NCBI RefSeq assembly: GCF_001194135.2
Contig: NC_068983.1
Location: 148,334,641-148,395,696, forward strand
Source: Octopus bimaculoides
Lineage: Eukaryota
Reading direction: 5' to 3'
Length of the DNA stretch: 61,056 nt
Below are positions 27,132-40,610 of this stretch, piece after piece. Numbering within the stretch: the first letter of the stretch is position 1; every line of letters begins with the position of its first letter. The notes under the pieces were generated by a model, which was given only the letters and a program-made list of their open reading frames with translations, ran no database searches and was not told where the DNA came from. Both the position numbers and the translations under genes were made by a program.

Positions 27132-27400
27132 NNNNNNNNNNNNNNNNNNNNNNNNNNNNNNNNNNNNNNNNNNNNNNNNNNNNNNNNNNNNNNNNNNNNN
27201 NNNNNNNNNNNNNNNNNNNNNNNNNNNNNNNNNNNNNGGTATTTCGTCCATCTTCACGCTCTGAGGTCAATTTCCGCTGAGGTCGACTTTGCCTTTCATC
27301 TTTTCCGGGTCGATAAAATATGTTCCACTTGAACACGGGTCGATGTAATCGACTTAATCCCTTCCCCCAAATTCGAGGCCTTGTGCTTCCGGTAGAAAAG
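26659..27400 (+). mobile_element. Three stacked SINE family A copies with alternative tails
   Basis: 26659-26931 (Tx1-like tail), 26932-27075 (5'-truncated, ATT tail) and 27238-27400 (ATT tail). Confidence 0.85.
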
Positions 27401-27462
<62 letters not shown>

Positions 27463-27499
27463 CTTACTTTGGTTAATATACCCTTGAGTAGCTAACAAC

Positions 27500-27990
27500 A
27501 CTAGCCTAAAACAAGATCAGAAACAATTTGAAAATTTGAACCTTCTTATTGATGTCTTTGAGGTTCTTCCTTTGCTCTTGTTTACGTATTTCATACAATT
27601 GTCTTCAAAGTGTTTTGATGTTTTCAGTATCTTCATGATGTCCTATCGATTCAAACTTTTTTCTAAACACCTACATGAATATATTTCTTTTTCTGAAATT
27701 TATGTCAAACTTTGGGTCATATCGATATGTAGCTGTGTCATTTCTCAGTGCGTCCTCCACAAGTTAGGTGGTTTGGAGTTCTTTCATTTTCCATACAAAA
27801 TATATAGTCTGCCCACCTTGCAAGAAAGCTAGGCAAGAAAACTAGGCCTGCAAAAATTGATAGCTCTTAAACCTTAAAATCAATCACATTGTCTCTGCAA
27901 AATATATGTGTATTATCTCGGAGACACTTTTGCTGCAAAAATCTCTGAACGTTTTACATGGCTTGATTATAAACTCCATGCTTAACTCTG
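27500..27990 (-). mobile_element. Probable RTE-clade LINE C-terminal remnant
   Basis: Minus strand gives LARWADYIFCMENERTPNHL (cf. LRW.GHV.RM...R.PK) followed by a K/R-rich tail. Heavily decayed. Confidence 0.4.
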
Positions 27991-28279
27991 AGCATAAAAA
28001 CGGATAAAAGAGTTATCAAGTGAAACAGAGACAGCCACAAACAAGAAAAATGCCGTTGTTACTTGAATACTATACAAATATGTCTTTAAAAAAACTTTTC
28101 TTCTAAATTTACCAAAATTTAATTTTTCAATAATTTTTCAAAAATCTATTATTCATATTTACTGTTGAAAAGATCTCAAGGATCGAAACCGGTTCTGTAA
28201 TATTCTTTATAAAAGTATTTTAGCGTTTTCTACTTTGTCTTTTTTCCATATATATCTACTCGTGTGTTCCTGTTCAACC

Positions 28280-28316
<37 letters not shown>

Positions 28317-28357
28317 NNNNNNNNNNNNNNNNNNNNNNNNNNNNNNNNNNNNNNNNN

Positions 28358-28384
<27 letters not shown>

Positions 28385-28394
<10 letters not shown>

Positions 28395-28540
28395 ACGGGA
28401 TTCTTTCAGTTTCCGACAATTAAATCCACTCACAAAGCTTTGGTCAGCCCTAGGCTACAATAGAAGACACCTGCCCATTGTACCACGCAGTGGACTCAAT
28501 CCGGAAGCTAACGTCTTGCCACACAACCACGCCTGCGCCT
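28385..28540 (-). mobile_element. SINE family B 5' fragment
   Basis: ttctttcagtttccgac..aaatccactcacaaagctttggtc..accacgcagtggactcaatcc matches the family B head. Confidence 0.7.
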
Positions 28541-29977
28541 ATTATATAATTAATCTTTTGGTTTCAAACAAAGAAGACCACTTGCCGATGCTCAACGAAA
28601 CCCAATTCTAGTTTTCTACTGCTTCAAGAATAACATTTCGATTTAAATCTTGCTATATCTTTCTAAACCGTTGTATTTTAAAACTAATCTACAATTACAT
28701 TTTAGGACCGTTTTCATTCCAGCCTTTTGCATTATTTGTTTTGTTTTTCTCTTTCACAAGTAAATTGTATTTGTTTCTAAATTTCTACGAGATGCGAAAT
28801 AAAAGATCATTTCGCTCTATCAAGGAGTTCTGTACCCTACTCCCACCATTNNNNNNNNNNNNNNNNNNNNNNNNNNNNNNNNNNNNNNNNNNNNNNNNNN
28901 NNNNNNNNNNNNNNNNNNNNNNNNNNNNNNNNNNNNNNNNNNNNNNNNNNNNNNNNNNNNNNNNNNNNNNNNNNNNNNNNNNNNNNNNNNNNNNNNNNNN
29001 NNNNNNNNNNNNNNNNNNNNNNNNNNNNNNNNNNNNNNNNNNNNNNNNNNNNNNNNNNNNNNNNNNNNNNNNNNNNNNNNNNNNNNNNNNNNNNNNNNNN
29101 NNNNNNNNNNNNNNNNNNNNNNNNNNNNNNNNNNNNNNNNNNNNNNNNNNNNNNNNNNNNNNNNNNNNNNNNNNNNNNNNNNNNNNNNNNNNNNNNNNNN
29201 NATATATATATATATATATATATACAGAGAGAGAGAGGGAGAGATAGTTACATTTTTAGGAAAAAATATATGGGTGCGTGCACGTTTTGCGTATGCGTTT
29301 ACGCCTGTGTGGAACACTCTGTATATATGTATGTAGACAGACAGGCAGACAGACAGATATATTTCTATTTCACACAGACACACATGTATACATTATAGGA
29401 ACATAGAAACAACTACATTGGAAACTGCTTGAACTAATTAATATGCAATGCAAGAATCATTTTCTTATGAAATGCCAGATTAGCCTATGTTAAATATGTG
29501 TATTTAACATCACTTCGCACTTTACTTAGTTCAATTTGTCGGAAAAGAAGAAAAATAATAATAATGAATAAATCGAAAATGTGTAAACCATTTTGTTAGG
29601 CTCCACAATCAATCGACTTAGATTATCTCTTGCTTTAAGTGCATATATTTTATTTGTTTAGAGTAAATTTGTATCCATACTTGTATATACCTAATTGCAA
29701 TACATGCGCCAATCATGATGTCACCAGGATGATATATGTTTACCTTTCCTTATAAAATGAGGCTTTGAACTTTCGTATAAACACAGATGGATACTGCACC
29801 ATCTGTTTTTAAATCTACGCGAATGTTTACCTTTCGTTTTGTTTCATTATATTTACACTCCGGGTTTAGAAAAGAGAATTGGTTGAGATTCATACAGTTA
29901 ATGTTGATTTTGAAGGAATATATTGGTGTTTTTTTCCTGTAGTTTCAGCTCAGAACTGCGGCCATGTGTGTGTGTGT

Positions 29978-30030
<53 letters not shown>

Positions 30031-31496
30031 GTGGTAAAAGTAGGTCTGAAGCGTTGTATTTTCAGAATCGAATAGCTACATAGATTGTTTAACTTAAGGT
30101 AAGGCAAACACTCTCAGCCGTGTAAATAGATGGTTGTCGGGACGTTTTCCAATGGAGTTTCATGGGATGAAACTTACAGGTTTTAAGTTAATAGCATTAT
30201 AAATTGCTGCAGAAAAATGAATGACAGTAAGAACAATAGTGGCGCATGTTCTGGATACCCTTCTAATACAAATTCTTTACTTTCTTCTGTTTGATTAACA
30301 ACGGAATTCTAAATCCAATGTTTATTTTATTTAGCAATATTCTTTGTTAGAACGCCCAGAATACTATTTAGCAAAGTTACTTTGAGAAATAGAAACAAAC
30401 CAAAAATGAATAACCTTTTTTCAATATACACAAACATAAGATTTTTTCTCCTAGATATCTAGATATCCCGAGATGTAACTGAATTGCAGACTGGGAGTTC
30501 AACAGTTCGTTGTACACCATCACAATCACCACAGCATTTTTATGATCAACGCATTGACTGTCGCCCGCTAGGCTGAAGAAATTGCATATAAAATAAGGGC
30601 CCAAGAAGTGACAGACGGTACCATAGTTTCACAAGCTACGCTCAAGATAATTGACTAGCTTTGAGCGTTTAACAAACAAAATATAAAATGATCAGCATGA
30701 ATTAACAAAACACGTCGTTATAAAGAAAGCTATAAAAACATGAACGAGCATTTGTTTAGCTGTCAGTGCTGATTCTTGTCTTAGTATAACTGCGAAGAGA
30801 ACGGATCCTGTTTCACTAGACAGACCCATCTAACAGTGATAATACGAACATTATTGTCGTTGTTTCCATAGGACATATCTGACTATGCCAATCTATAATA
30901 AAAGGCATTCCAGCTGTAGCTATGCCTTATTTTTTCCAGAAATAATATATCTAGAATTACATAATTCTATTGTCCTTTATTTCTCATAAAAGAAGTAATG
31001 CTGACTGGTTATTGTTGTTGTTGCTGTTATGGCCTAGCTATTTCGTTTCTATCAGGTCAGGCGACTGCATACAGACTACGTCATTGGCTTGTAATACGAT
31101 GATAATATATGCAGCGAGTGTTCTACACACCCAACGCGTTTCAATGTATGAGGTCTTCGTGGAAATAGTGTAAATAATTTTAAGAAAAGCAACACAAGTT
31201 TTTGTTTGTATGTAACAAAACTATCGAAAGTAAATTTTTTTGTAAGTTTCCCGTTTTTATAGACTGAAAAAAAAAAAAATAAATAAATAAAAACTGTAGA
31301 AATATAAAAAAAAACACAGCAAAAACACGACATTGATTTCAATCAGTTATTTTTTACCTTCTTAAAAAGCAAGCAGACCAAATTTGTATTTGTTAATAGA
31401 CTTTTTGATAAGCTTTAGAGAAACAAGTTGATTTTAGGCAGTTTGCCAGTGATTGCTTATTATTTGCATTTACAAACATTAGTTATTTATGCCATA

Positions 31497-31545
<49 letters not shown>

Positions 31546-31600
31546 CGACGACGTCTACCATTATTACTATATTGTTGTGGTTGTTGTTGTTATTCTGTTT
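31497..31600. repeat. (GAT)n(GAC)n plus (GTT)n compound repeat
   Basis: Direct reading. Confidence 0.9.
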
Positions 31601-31974
31601 TCAACGGCTTCATACTAGTTTCTGCAGTGCCACTATGTTCCTAAGGTGAGTTAAGTATTGTCGTGTGGATGGTGGGTGGAGAACTGCATTTGTTTGGAGC
31701 ATCTGTTTTGATTTGTCGTGGTGTTTCTTTTGTTATTTCCGGTGTTACATTAGTGTTTCTAATGTCTGTAGCGTACAATACATCAATAATGGGTTATGTT
31801 GTTTTTAAATTAAGTGAGAATTATGATTTGTGTTTGTTAAACGAGTTGGATTGTGATTACTGCTTTTGTAGCTTATTACGATTACTTTTATATGATGGGT
31901 ACAGTATTAACTGTTAAAAGGCTTACGATAATCTATACCAATACTAAGAAAGTAATTAGTAAGAATGTACTTAC

Positions 31975-32055
31975 CCAATGACTGTTCCATCGATTTGTAA
32001 CAAAAGCTGGTCCTAATGATCGTGCTGGGTTTAACGAAGAACTTGTATATCGATA
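31975..32055 (-). CDS. bib: Internal coding exon of an aquaporin (MIP family), Big brain-like; loop E with second NPA motif
   Basis: Minus strand reads tcttttacAG|tatcgatat...agtcattgg|GTAAGT. 81 nt, open in phase 0: YRYTSSSLNPARSLGPAFVTNRWNSHW. NPAR followed by HW is diagnostic of aquaporins, and the length and phase match the 81-nt exon 3 of vertebrate AQP1/AQP4. SLGPAFVTNRWNSHW resembles Drosophila BIB SLGPSFVLNKWDSHW (recalled, not searched). Family call is strong; the BIB subtype is moderate. Confidence 0.9.
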
Positions 32056-32147
32056 CTGTAAAAGACATTAACGTAATAAGATTTACAAAACGATGGTAAC
32101 CAATACACTTGGAGAAGCATGAAATGTATGCATATACATGTACACCG

Positions 32148-32181
<34 letters not shown>

Positions 32182-33657
32182 NNNNNNNNNNNNNNNNNNN
32201 NNNNNNNNNNNNNNNNNNNNNNNNNNNNNNNNNNNNNNNNNNNNNNNNNNNNNNNNNNNNNNNNNNNNNNNNNNNNNNNNNNNNNNNNNNNNNNNNNNNN
32301 NNNNNNNNNNNNNATATATATATATATATATATATATATAAGTATCACTCACACATACACTCACACATACACACACACACACCACATACACACACCACAC
32401 ACACACTGATGTATGCTTAGATCTGCAAGTGTTCATTTGTATTTAAGTATGTGTAATGAGAAAGGAACAACGATAGGGTGATAAAAGCCATAAATGAAAG
32501 CAAAATCATCACGGAAATACAATTTCCTTCTGTAACTGTTTTACTTAATTTACTAGGAATATTGAGAAATACATAAAATTATGCCTTCAACCGCGACCAT
32601 CAAAATGAAGAAGATGCATCAACCAAGATGGATACATTCGATAATAATCTTTCAGAGTATGAGCCAAAGGAATTTCAACATTAAAGAAGGACCTATCGGG
32701 TAATGTAGTTCTCTAAATAGTCACACATTCTCTGAAAATTAGATTAGATGGTCACAGTTAGAATCAGAGCCGGGCCGATCTGGGACTAAATATGAACAAC
32801 AAAGGGAAACAATATATACCAGACGCAAATCGTTTTTAATAACTAATATAAATATACAATGAAATAGGTACCTAAATGCCTAATGTGGCCAGTACGATAA
32901 CTTTAATTAATGGATCTATACTCTTATCAAGGGAAGATAAGCATTATCAAACAGTGCTTAACGAAACCATACTTTTGTAAAAGCGATATAGCTATATATT
33001 TATAGTATGCAGTAGTAGGATGATATCGGTTGATTTGTTTGGCATAATCACAATCTTTTGGACTATTGATTTCAACTGCTGGGTAATGGAACTGGTGAAT
33101 TTCTTGTCTTTCCTAAGAGCATTAGCGAACAAGTATGTGCTTGTGTATATATATGTGAGTATCTCTGTGTGCTGGTGTGTATACAGAAAGACAGACAGGG
33201 AAATAGATAGAAACAATGAAACTATCGCAAACACTCTCAACAAAAACAATATAGACATCACAGCTATAACAAAGATATTACAATAGCGTTAATGTCATTA
33301 TTGTATTGGCCAAATCGGTAGAGCGTCAAATCCTTTGCGGCCATTAATTGCTTCACTCTGTGTTCTGAGTTCAAATATTGCCTCAGTCGACTTTGTTATT
33401 CGTCCTTCTGAGGGTAGATAAAATAAATTATCAATGACATACTCGAATAGATTCAACTGATTGTAATCCCTCCTTTTTGTATGGCCCCCTTCCAATCACC
33501 AGGTTGTAATTGCAAACATAGAAAAACGTTCAAATGCAAAATGGGGAGAACATTGTGAAAAATGCCGAATGATATTTATTTATAGCTCTATACGTTGCGT
33601 GTTTAAATCCCAATCAAAATTATTATAGCTATCATTCTTCTGGACCTTGTGACCTTG

Positions 33658-33695
<38 letters not shown>

Positions 33696-33696
<1 letters not shown>

Positions 33697-33720
33697 GGTA
33701 GTACCTCGGTTTCCGAACAA
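33696..33720 (+). mobile_element. Possible pogo/Tigger-type TIR after (TA)n
   Basis: TA|CGGTAGTACCTCGGTTTCCGAAC resembles CAGT..ACCTCG..TT.CGAAC-type ends. No partner TIR is visible (a gap follows). Confidence 0.3.
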
Positions 33721-33953
33721 CTCTGCGATTGTGATTTTTGTTGTGGGCGGATATATANNNNNNNNNNNNNNNNNNNNNNNNNNNNNNNNNNNNNNNNNNN
33801 NNNNNNNNNNNNNNNNNNNNNNNNNNNNNNNNNNNNNNNNNNNNNNNNNNNNNNNNNNNNNNNNNNNNNNNNNNNNNNNNNNNNNNNNNNNNNNNNNNNN
33901 NNNNNNNNNNNNNNNNNNNNNNNNNNNNNNNNNNNNNNNNNNNNNNNNNNNNN

Positions 33954-33991
<38 letters not shown>

Positions 33992-34585
33992 GACGTCACC
34001 AACAGTAAACAACATGAAATACGAAAACAAATGAGTTAAATGCGCAAATAACAAAAGGAAGAAATGGAGAACAAGACAAGTAATACAAAGAATACAAAGA
34101 ACGACCCTACATAAGTTGTCGGCTGCCCATCTACATAAAATTCGACTGCGCAGTTATTCTTTCTGTACCAATATAATAGAGGTGGCGAGTGAAATGACGA
34201 AGGCCTTCTTCCTTTAGATTCAAACTTTATAGCTATATGCACGGGTAGAAATCGTTATAATTGAAACATACATCACAATTCTGATCACATGCTGATTGTT
34301 TTTCCCCTTCCATCCATGACCGTACTATCTCTTTTAAAATTATCTATCACGTTATCTAACGTGTTATGTCTTTACGATGACTAAGGTATGATTTGAAGGG
34401 AAATAGGTTGCTGTCTGTAGCAGATTAAACAACCATGTTGTAACTTTCTAGTTGATTTCTTCATAAATAAATATAGATGTGCATATATATATACCAGGTA
34501 GTTTACTGAAACCTGAGAAATGAGAATATAATTTTGATATTTCTCAGAGATAAACACCTAAAAATATTATGCGACATCCCTTGAA

Positions 34586-34797
34586 GCGGCGAGCTGGCAA
34601 GAAGCGTTACCGCACCGGGCAAAATGCTTAACGGTATTTCGACGGCTTTACGTTCCGAGTTCAAATTCCGCCGAGTTCGACTTTAGCTTTCATCCTTTTG
34701 GGATCGATAAAATTAGAAGCATTCAAGTATTGGGGTCTACATAATTGACTCACACCCTCCCACGAAATTGCTGGCCTTATGCCAAAATTTGAAATCA
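34586..34797 (+). mobile_element. SINE family A copy
   Basis: gcggcgagctggcaagaagcgttaccgcaccgggcaaaatgc..gagttcaaattccgccgag..ggccttatgccaaaatttgaaa. Confidence 0.8.
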
Positions 34798-37279
34798 ATA
34801 ATCAGTAAAAGCAAAGCATAGTAGGGAAAGAAACAAATCGCTTAGCAGGATGCTTTGTACGTTGAATTCAAATCTAGATGCAACCAGTTTTCCTTTCGAG
34901 TAAGTGAAAGCTGTGATTTTAACATAGCAAAGATCATAAAGAATAAGCACTTGCATGGGGATTATAAATGTAATAAGTCTACAAAAAATGTTTAAATCGA
35001 TTAAAATTGTCTCCTTGAAGACAAGAAAAATAACTTCATATTCAGTCTTGAGAAAGATAAATTTCACAATTTGAATTCATGTAGATTGAATGGGAGAACA
35101 GGTGTAATATTTGGCAAAAATGATGATAATTCTGAGGTTTTTCGTCGTATCGGTCATCATAAGCGAAGCATATTACAGTCATACATATCACAACTTAACA
35201 AGACTGAGAAAATATAAAATAGTTTTTGCAAATTAAGCATTCGGAGATGATGAGGGCGGAAACAATTGTAAATTTTGCATCAGACCATATACTTGAGTCG
35301 AATCTCAAAACAATCGCTTGAGCCAAAATGATTTAATCACAGGTAATCATTCACGAAATGAAAACAAACATTATCATTAAAGGCAGGGGAGAAAAGTACA
35401 AGATTTAAATTGATTAAAACCTGCATGACTCCAGGCTGAGCGAGTGAGTCAAGATACGGTGTGACGAAATTTTAATTTGCGTTAAAAATAAATCCAGCTC
35501 CTTTACACTTACAATAACCACTTCTTTATTTTAATCCCGAGTATAAAGAAACCGATAAATATTTTTTATATCAACGTTTTAATCATGATGACAGCTTAGT
35601 CAGAGAAAAGGCCTTGTTGAGTCTATATCACAGCTCCACTTTTACTTGCTGTTAACGTATGAAGACTTCCTTTACTGTGCTAGTGATTCTGGAAAGCATA
35701 TGGACATTATTATGATATCCAGTTTCACATAAGATGTACGACATTTTTAATTAGCCAGAGAAAAGGTAATATTTTACCACCAACGTTGTCATGTTAGTGG
35801 ACACAGCGTTGGAATGTCAGGAGGTCTCAGAACACGGTGGGAATATACGAACCAATGGATTCGCAGCTGTTTTTCCAGTATGCAGCCATCTCGATAGTTC
35901 GCCATCTCACTTCTGAGATTTCATAGCAAAGATTCACTTAAATTACTTCTAATGAATATCTTCCGTCTGTTAAGTTTCCACAGTTTATCCAAAATTACAA
36001 ATATCAATGTAAGAGAGAAAAAATATATTTTACTCATATTTTTACTTTCCTATTTGGATCGAGATTATTATTCAAATACAATATTGGTTTTAGTCCTAAA
36101 ACTTCTTAATGTAGAAATGGTATCATATCATATGGATAATGCGCAAAGACACACACACACACACACACGCACACGCAAGCATGCATATATCAAACGACTG
36201 CTCACACTATTTTTCTCTGTCATTCTGTCGGTGTAGCACCTGTCTCTCACAACATTCACTACCTCCCAGTTTTGTTGTCCTCCTTCTTCCATCAGTATGT
36301 AAATCAGCATACTCACACACACACATACAACATTTATCTACAAACACACACACATATAAATTTGAATAAATGCGAAGATTATATATATATATGCTGAACA
36401 AAATGAACTTTGCCATCGATACTTTAGGCACCATCGGTTACGTGGAAAAGTGAGATTTTGCATTTCAAACTGAGAGTCCACAACGCAAAGATACACAAAA
36501 TGAACAACAACCCTAACCCTAACCGTTCTAACTTCGAGTGAAACTTTTCAATGCTAAAATTTATGATCGGTTCTCGAAAGGAGCCACACATACACGCACG
36601 CACTTATGGATGCTTACATGCATATATACATGTATATATGAAGTTGTAGTACTTTAATTCAGGCATCAAGCGGATAATGATCACCCAGTCTACCTTGTCT
36701 CACTTAACGCTGCGCATATGACTCTCCGATTAATACCACAACTTTGCATATATTCAGGTTTAAATATCAACTTCATGCCCATAAATAATAATTTTCATTG
36801 TATTCTAAGTTTGCTTTTTAGACATGAGTCTCACCAGTTTCAGGAAGCTTATGATCTAATGTTTTCTTGCCTTTACAATCCCGTCATCATTGTCAAACAC
36901 TATATCTAGGACTACGTTATCGATTTCTTCCTTTTTTCTGTTTAGGCGTTAGAATTTGATCTTGAGACGCTATTTCTAACAGGTCGACCGTCAGCATAGT
37001 ATCTGGTTCGTTCGTTTGTTCAGTATGAAGAAGGCCAGGATAATGAATAGCGTTAACCGTTCAAGTGGTGCATTTGATCAAATGCCGTATTTAGTTATAT
37101 TTCTGTACGTTCTGAGTTCAAAACTTGAGTGGCCGAAACAGTAGTTACATGAAGTAGTAGGATAGATTTCATTCACGTGACAACCTTCTCAAAATGTGTA
37201 AGCATATTCTAAAATAAGAAATGAATCCAAAGTTCTAAACCTGCATGTTTATTTTCACACATTTACTCTTTTTTACTCT

Positions 37280-37670
37280 TTTACTTTGTTTCAGTCATTT
37301 GACTGTGGCCATGCTGGAGCTCTGGCTTTAGTCGAGCAAATTGACCCCCGGACATATTCCTTGTAAGCTTAGTACTTAATCTATCAGTCTCTTTTGCCGA
37401 ACTGCTAAGTTCCGGGGACATTAACACACCAGCATCGGTTATCAAGCGATGTTGAGGGAACAAACACTGACACACAAATATATACACACACATACATACA
37501 TATAAATACATATATACGACGGGCTTTTTTCAGTTTCCGTCTACCAAATCCACTCACAGGGCTTTGGTCTGCTCGAGGAGAGACTTGCCCAAGGTACCAC
37601 GCAGTGGGACTGAACCCAGAACCATGTGGTTTGTAAGCAAGCTACTTACCACACAGCCACTCCTACGCCT
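37280..37670 (-). mobile_element. SINE family B copy
   Basis: Reverse-complement homology to 53370-53810 across head, body and tail. Confidence 0.85.
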
Positions 37671-37904
37671 AGTCCTTACTTAGTCTTCTTTCAAAAGTCC
37701 TTAGAAACTTAAAGCATTCTTTTCAAAAGTCCCGAGTTGCTCTAATGAGTGAAAAAGAATCTGGGTATGTTTATCATATATGACGCATAGACGCCACGGA
37801 AATATGCTCCATGTGTCACACGTGATTCATAGTGCAGGCAGACTGTTAAGAAGAGGTTTACATTGCTAACAAAAAAACATATCAGTAGTTCTTGTGGAAA
37901 TCAA

Positions 37905-38080
37905 TATTAAGACCACGTTCCGTCTTTATGTTCTGAGTTCAATTTCCGTCAAGGTCAATTTTGCCTTTCATGCCTTTGAGTCGATAAAATAATTACCAGT
38001 TGAGCACTGGGGTCGATGTAATCGACTAAGCACCTCACGCAAAATCGCTGGCCTCGTGCCATAATTTGAAATCCATATTA
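37905..38080 (+). mobile_element. SINE family A copy, 5' truncated
   Basis: gttctgagttcaatttccgtcaaggtcaattttgcctttcatgcc..accagttgagcactggggtcgatgtaatcgac. Confidence 0.75.
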
Positions 38081-40610
38081 AGACCAGGTCAAAGAGAATG
38101 AAATTTGGAAATTCTGTAGTTTCGGATTAACTTATTCAGGTCTATGAGTTCGAATTCTCTTATGGTCAATATTAATATACTCTTGTGTAGTCGATAAAAT
38201 GAGAATCTGAGTGTGGATTTAAATCATTATATCTATTCCTTATAAGTTTCTCTCTCTCTCCCTCTCCTCTCTTTCCATCCCTTTCCCTCTCCATCACCTC
38301 TCCCCTCTCTTTCTGCATATAAGAAAATGACTGAAAAGAAAAGTTTATAAATTACAGTAATTTATCTTTCGAAAGTTCAAATTCCACAATAAGTCGCGCA
38401 CGTATGCGTGTTCACTGTGTTCAGACAAAAAAAATTCAACTCGCCTCACCTAATCTTGTACCTTAATTAGAAAAAAAAAAAAATGAATGCCAAAATCTCT
38501 ATTGATAGTAGGCATCTAAATCCAGCATTACTCCACTAAAAAAAAAAGAGCCTCAAATGACATTTTAGTCAATCGTTTGCAGTAAAATCAAGTTGAAGCA
38601 AGAAATACAAAATAACATGAATATATATAAAAATATAACCTCTTTTCCTCAAGGATAATTATGTTTTAGAGAATATATTTAATTATATTTTGCCGTTGTT
38701 TTATTCTTTCTTATTATCAAAGTCAGATCGAACGAAAAGATTTTGATATTTACTACTTTCAATGTTTCAAAACTTTATTTTATCTTTTTTTTTTCTCTTT
38801 TATTGAAGATTTTGTTCAGAAGAAAATTCTTCTGAAGAAATTTTTCATAGCCTTCCTTTCATTGATTTCTTTCCTATCAAGTGAAAATGTTTGATAAACT
38901 TCTTAGATGTTGGTTTTTTTTTTTTTCAAGGGTGAAAACAAATCTATGAACTAGTTTCAATTTTTTTTTTCTTGTCGAGACATAAAATGAACGCCCAACC
39001 CGTTTCATTCTACAAATTCACTTTTGCAACTTCGTTTCCACACATACAAAACATACACACACATGCGCAGCAACGTGCGTACACTCATAGAAACACACCC
39101 ATCGTTTGCACCAGAAATATGCCATTAAACGTTATAGATTTATTATAGCAATTTTATAAAGTAGAAGACGGATATGTGACAACACTGTTAGTTTCCAACT
39201 GAGAACATCGATTGAATTTACTTTCTCTGATCCGGTATCAAAAGGTTAATCTATCAACATCATGCTGATATGCCTTCTTCGAGTTATACATCACATTAGT
39301 AAACGGTGAAAGTTACTTTTGTGCATTAAACGTTGACATCATATGACATTTATACGCGGAAGTTTGTGGCGGTAAGCTCTACTTAAATAACTTTGGAAAA
39401 TTATGTTATATTACACTATTTAATGTCTATCACGGCGTATTTGTAAATACCACTTAAGACATTTATGCTTGCTATCCATCATTAATGATAATATATGCTG
39501 AATTATAAACATTCATTAGCTTACAGATGGCAATAGAATTTCGTATGTAGTTAATAGTTGAAAATGGTGCTTATTTTCGTTTCGAGTATATATTATACGG
39601 TGCAAATGCCGCTCATGATTGATGATTATTATCATATTCATTGAAAATTTCTGTTTTCCTAAGATGTAAATATAATAAATGATTTGATCGCTGTTTAATT
39701 CCACCGCCTGAATTCCTAATGTGCTGTCATTTGGAGGATTTCTTCTGACTGCCGTTTCTACAGACTTACAGCTACGTACAGTAATTTTTAATCGCTTATG
39801 ATTAAAAATGCAAAAGAATTCTTTACGTTGCTACATGGACACGAATTTATAAAGATGGAGGAATACTGTTTTCAGACATGACACAGGTATTTTATTTTAT
39901 CGTTGATTCTGAAAATCGGCGTCACAGACATATTAGCGTAAGATGAGATTTAAAACATTTTGTGAGATATTTCTGTTAACTTACTGGTGTTTAAAAATTC
40001 ACTGGGCATGATAGTGCATTTCGTTGTTACAGCGTCAATAAAAAAAAATACTAGCCAGGGAATGGAGTCCAAAGACTCGACTCTTCACCTTCCAAAATTA
40101 TTGGTTTTGCACCAGTCTCTGAAATAATTTAGGGTGGTGGGTTGGCAAAATCCCACTGTAAGTGGGATTTGAATTCAGACCGTAAAAAGCCGTAATAAAT
40201 AAAGCAAGATCTTTGTCGTTGTTAATATAGGCACAATGGTCATATCTAGGTGAGAAAAGGGTTAGTCAATTATATTAACATCAGTACTTGACCCGTACTT
40301 CATCAACAATCAAAATGCTTTCTGATATTAAATTACATCTCATTAAGTTCTGAGTTCAAATACCGTCGAGGTCAACTTTGCTTTGCATACGTCCTAATTT
40401 GAGAAAAGAAAGTAAAATTCCAGTACTGTAGTCAATGTAATCCACTACCTCTCACCCCACAAAAGTAATGCCTTGTACTTATAATAATTATTGAAGCATT
40501 TCATACACAGAATTAAAAGACCCTCATACAAATTATCTTCTGTTATTTAGTTGCTAACATTGTTTATATCCCATTGACGTTTATTTTGCCTATCATATTA
40601 CCAGATCGGT

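Noticed and set aside
31663-31917. Hydrophobic 84-aa plus-strand ORF beside the aquaporin exon
   Set aside because: GT-rich low-complexity composition, no aquaporin motif, wrong strand.
31944-31974. A 31-nt intron giving HW|YW, mimicking the next aquaporin exon
   Set aside because: The intron is too short, the frame stops after YWYRLS and there is no GP motif.
36508-36524. AACCCTAACCCTAACC telomere-like motif
   Set aside because: Only about 2.5 units, too short for an interstitial telomere call.
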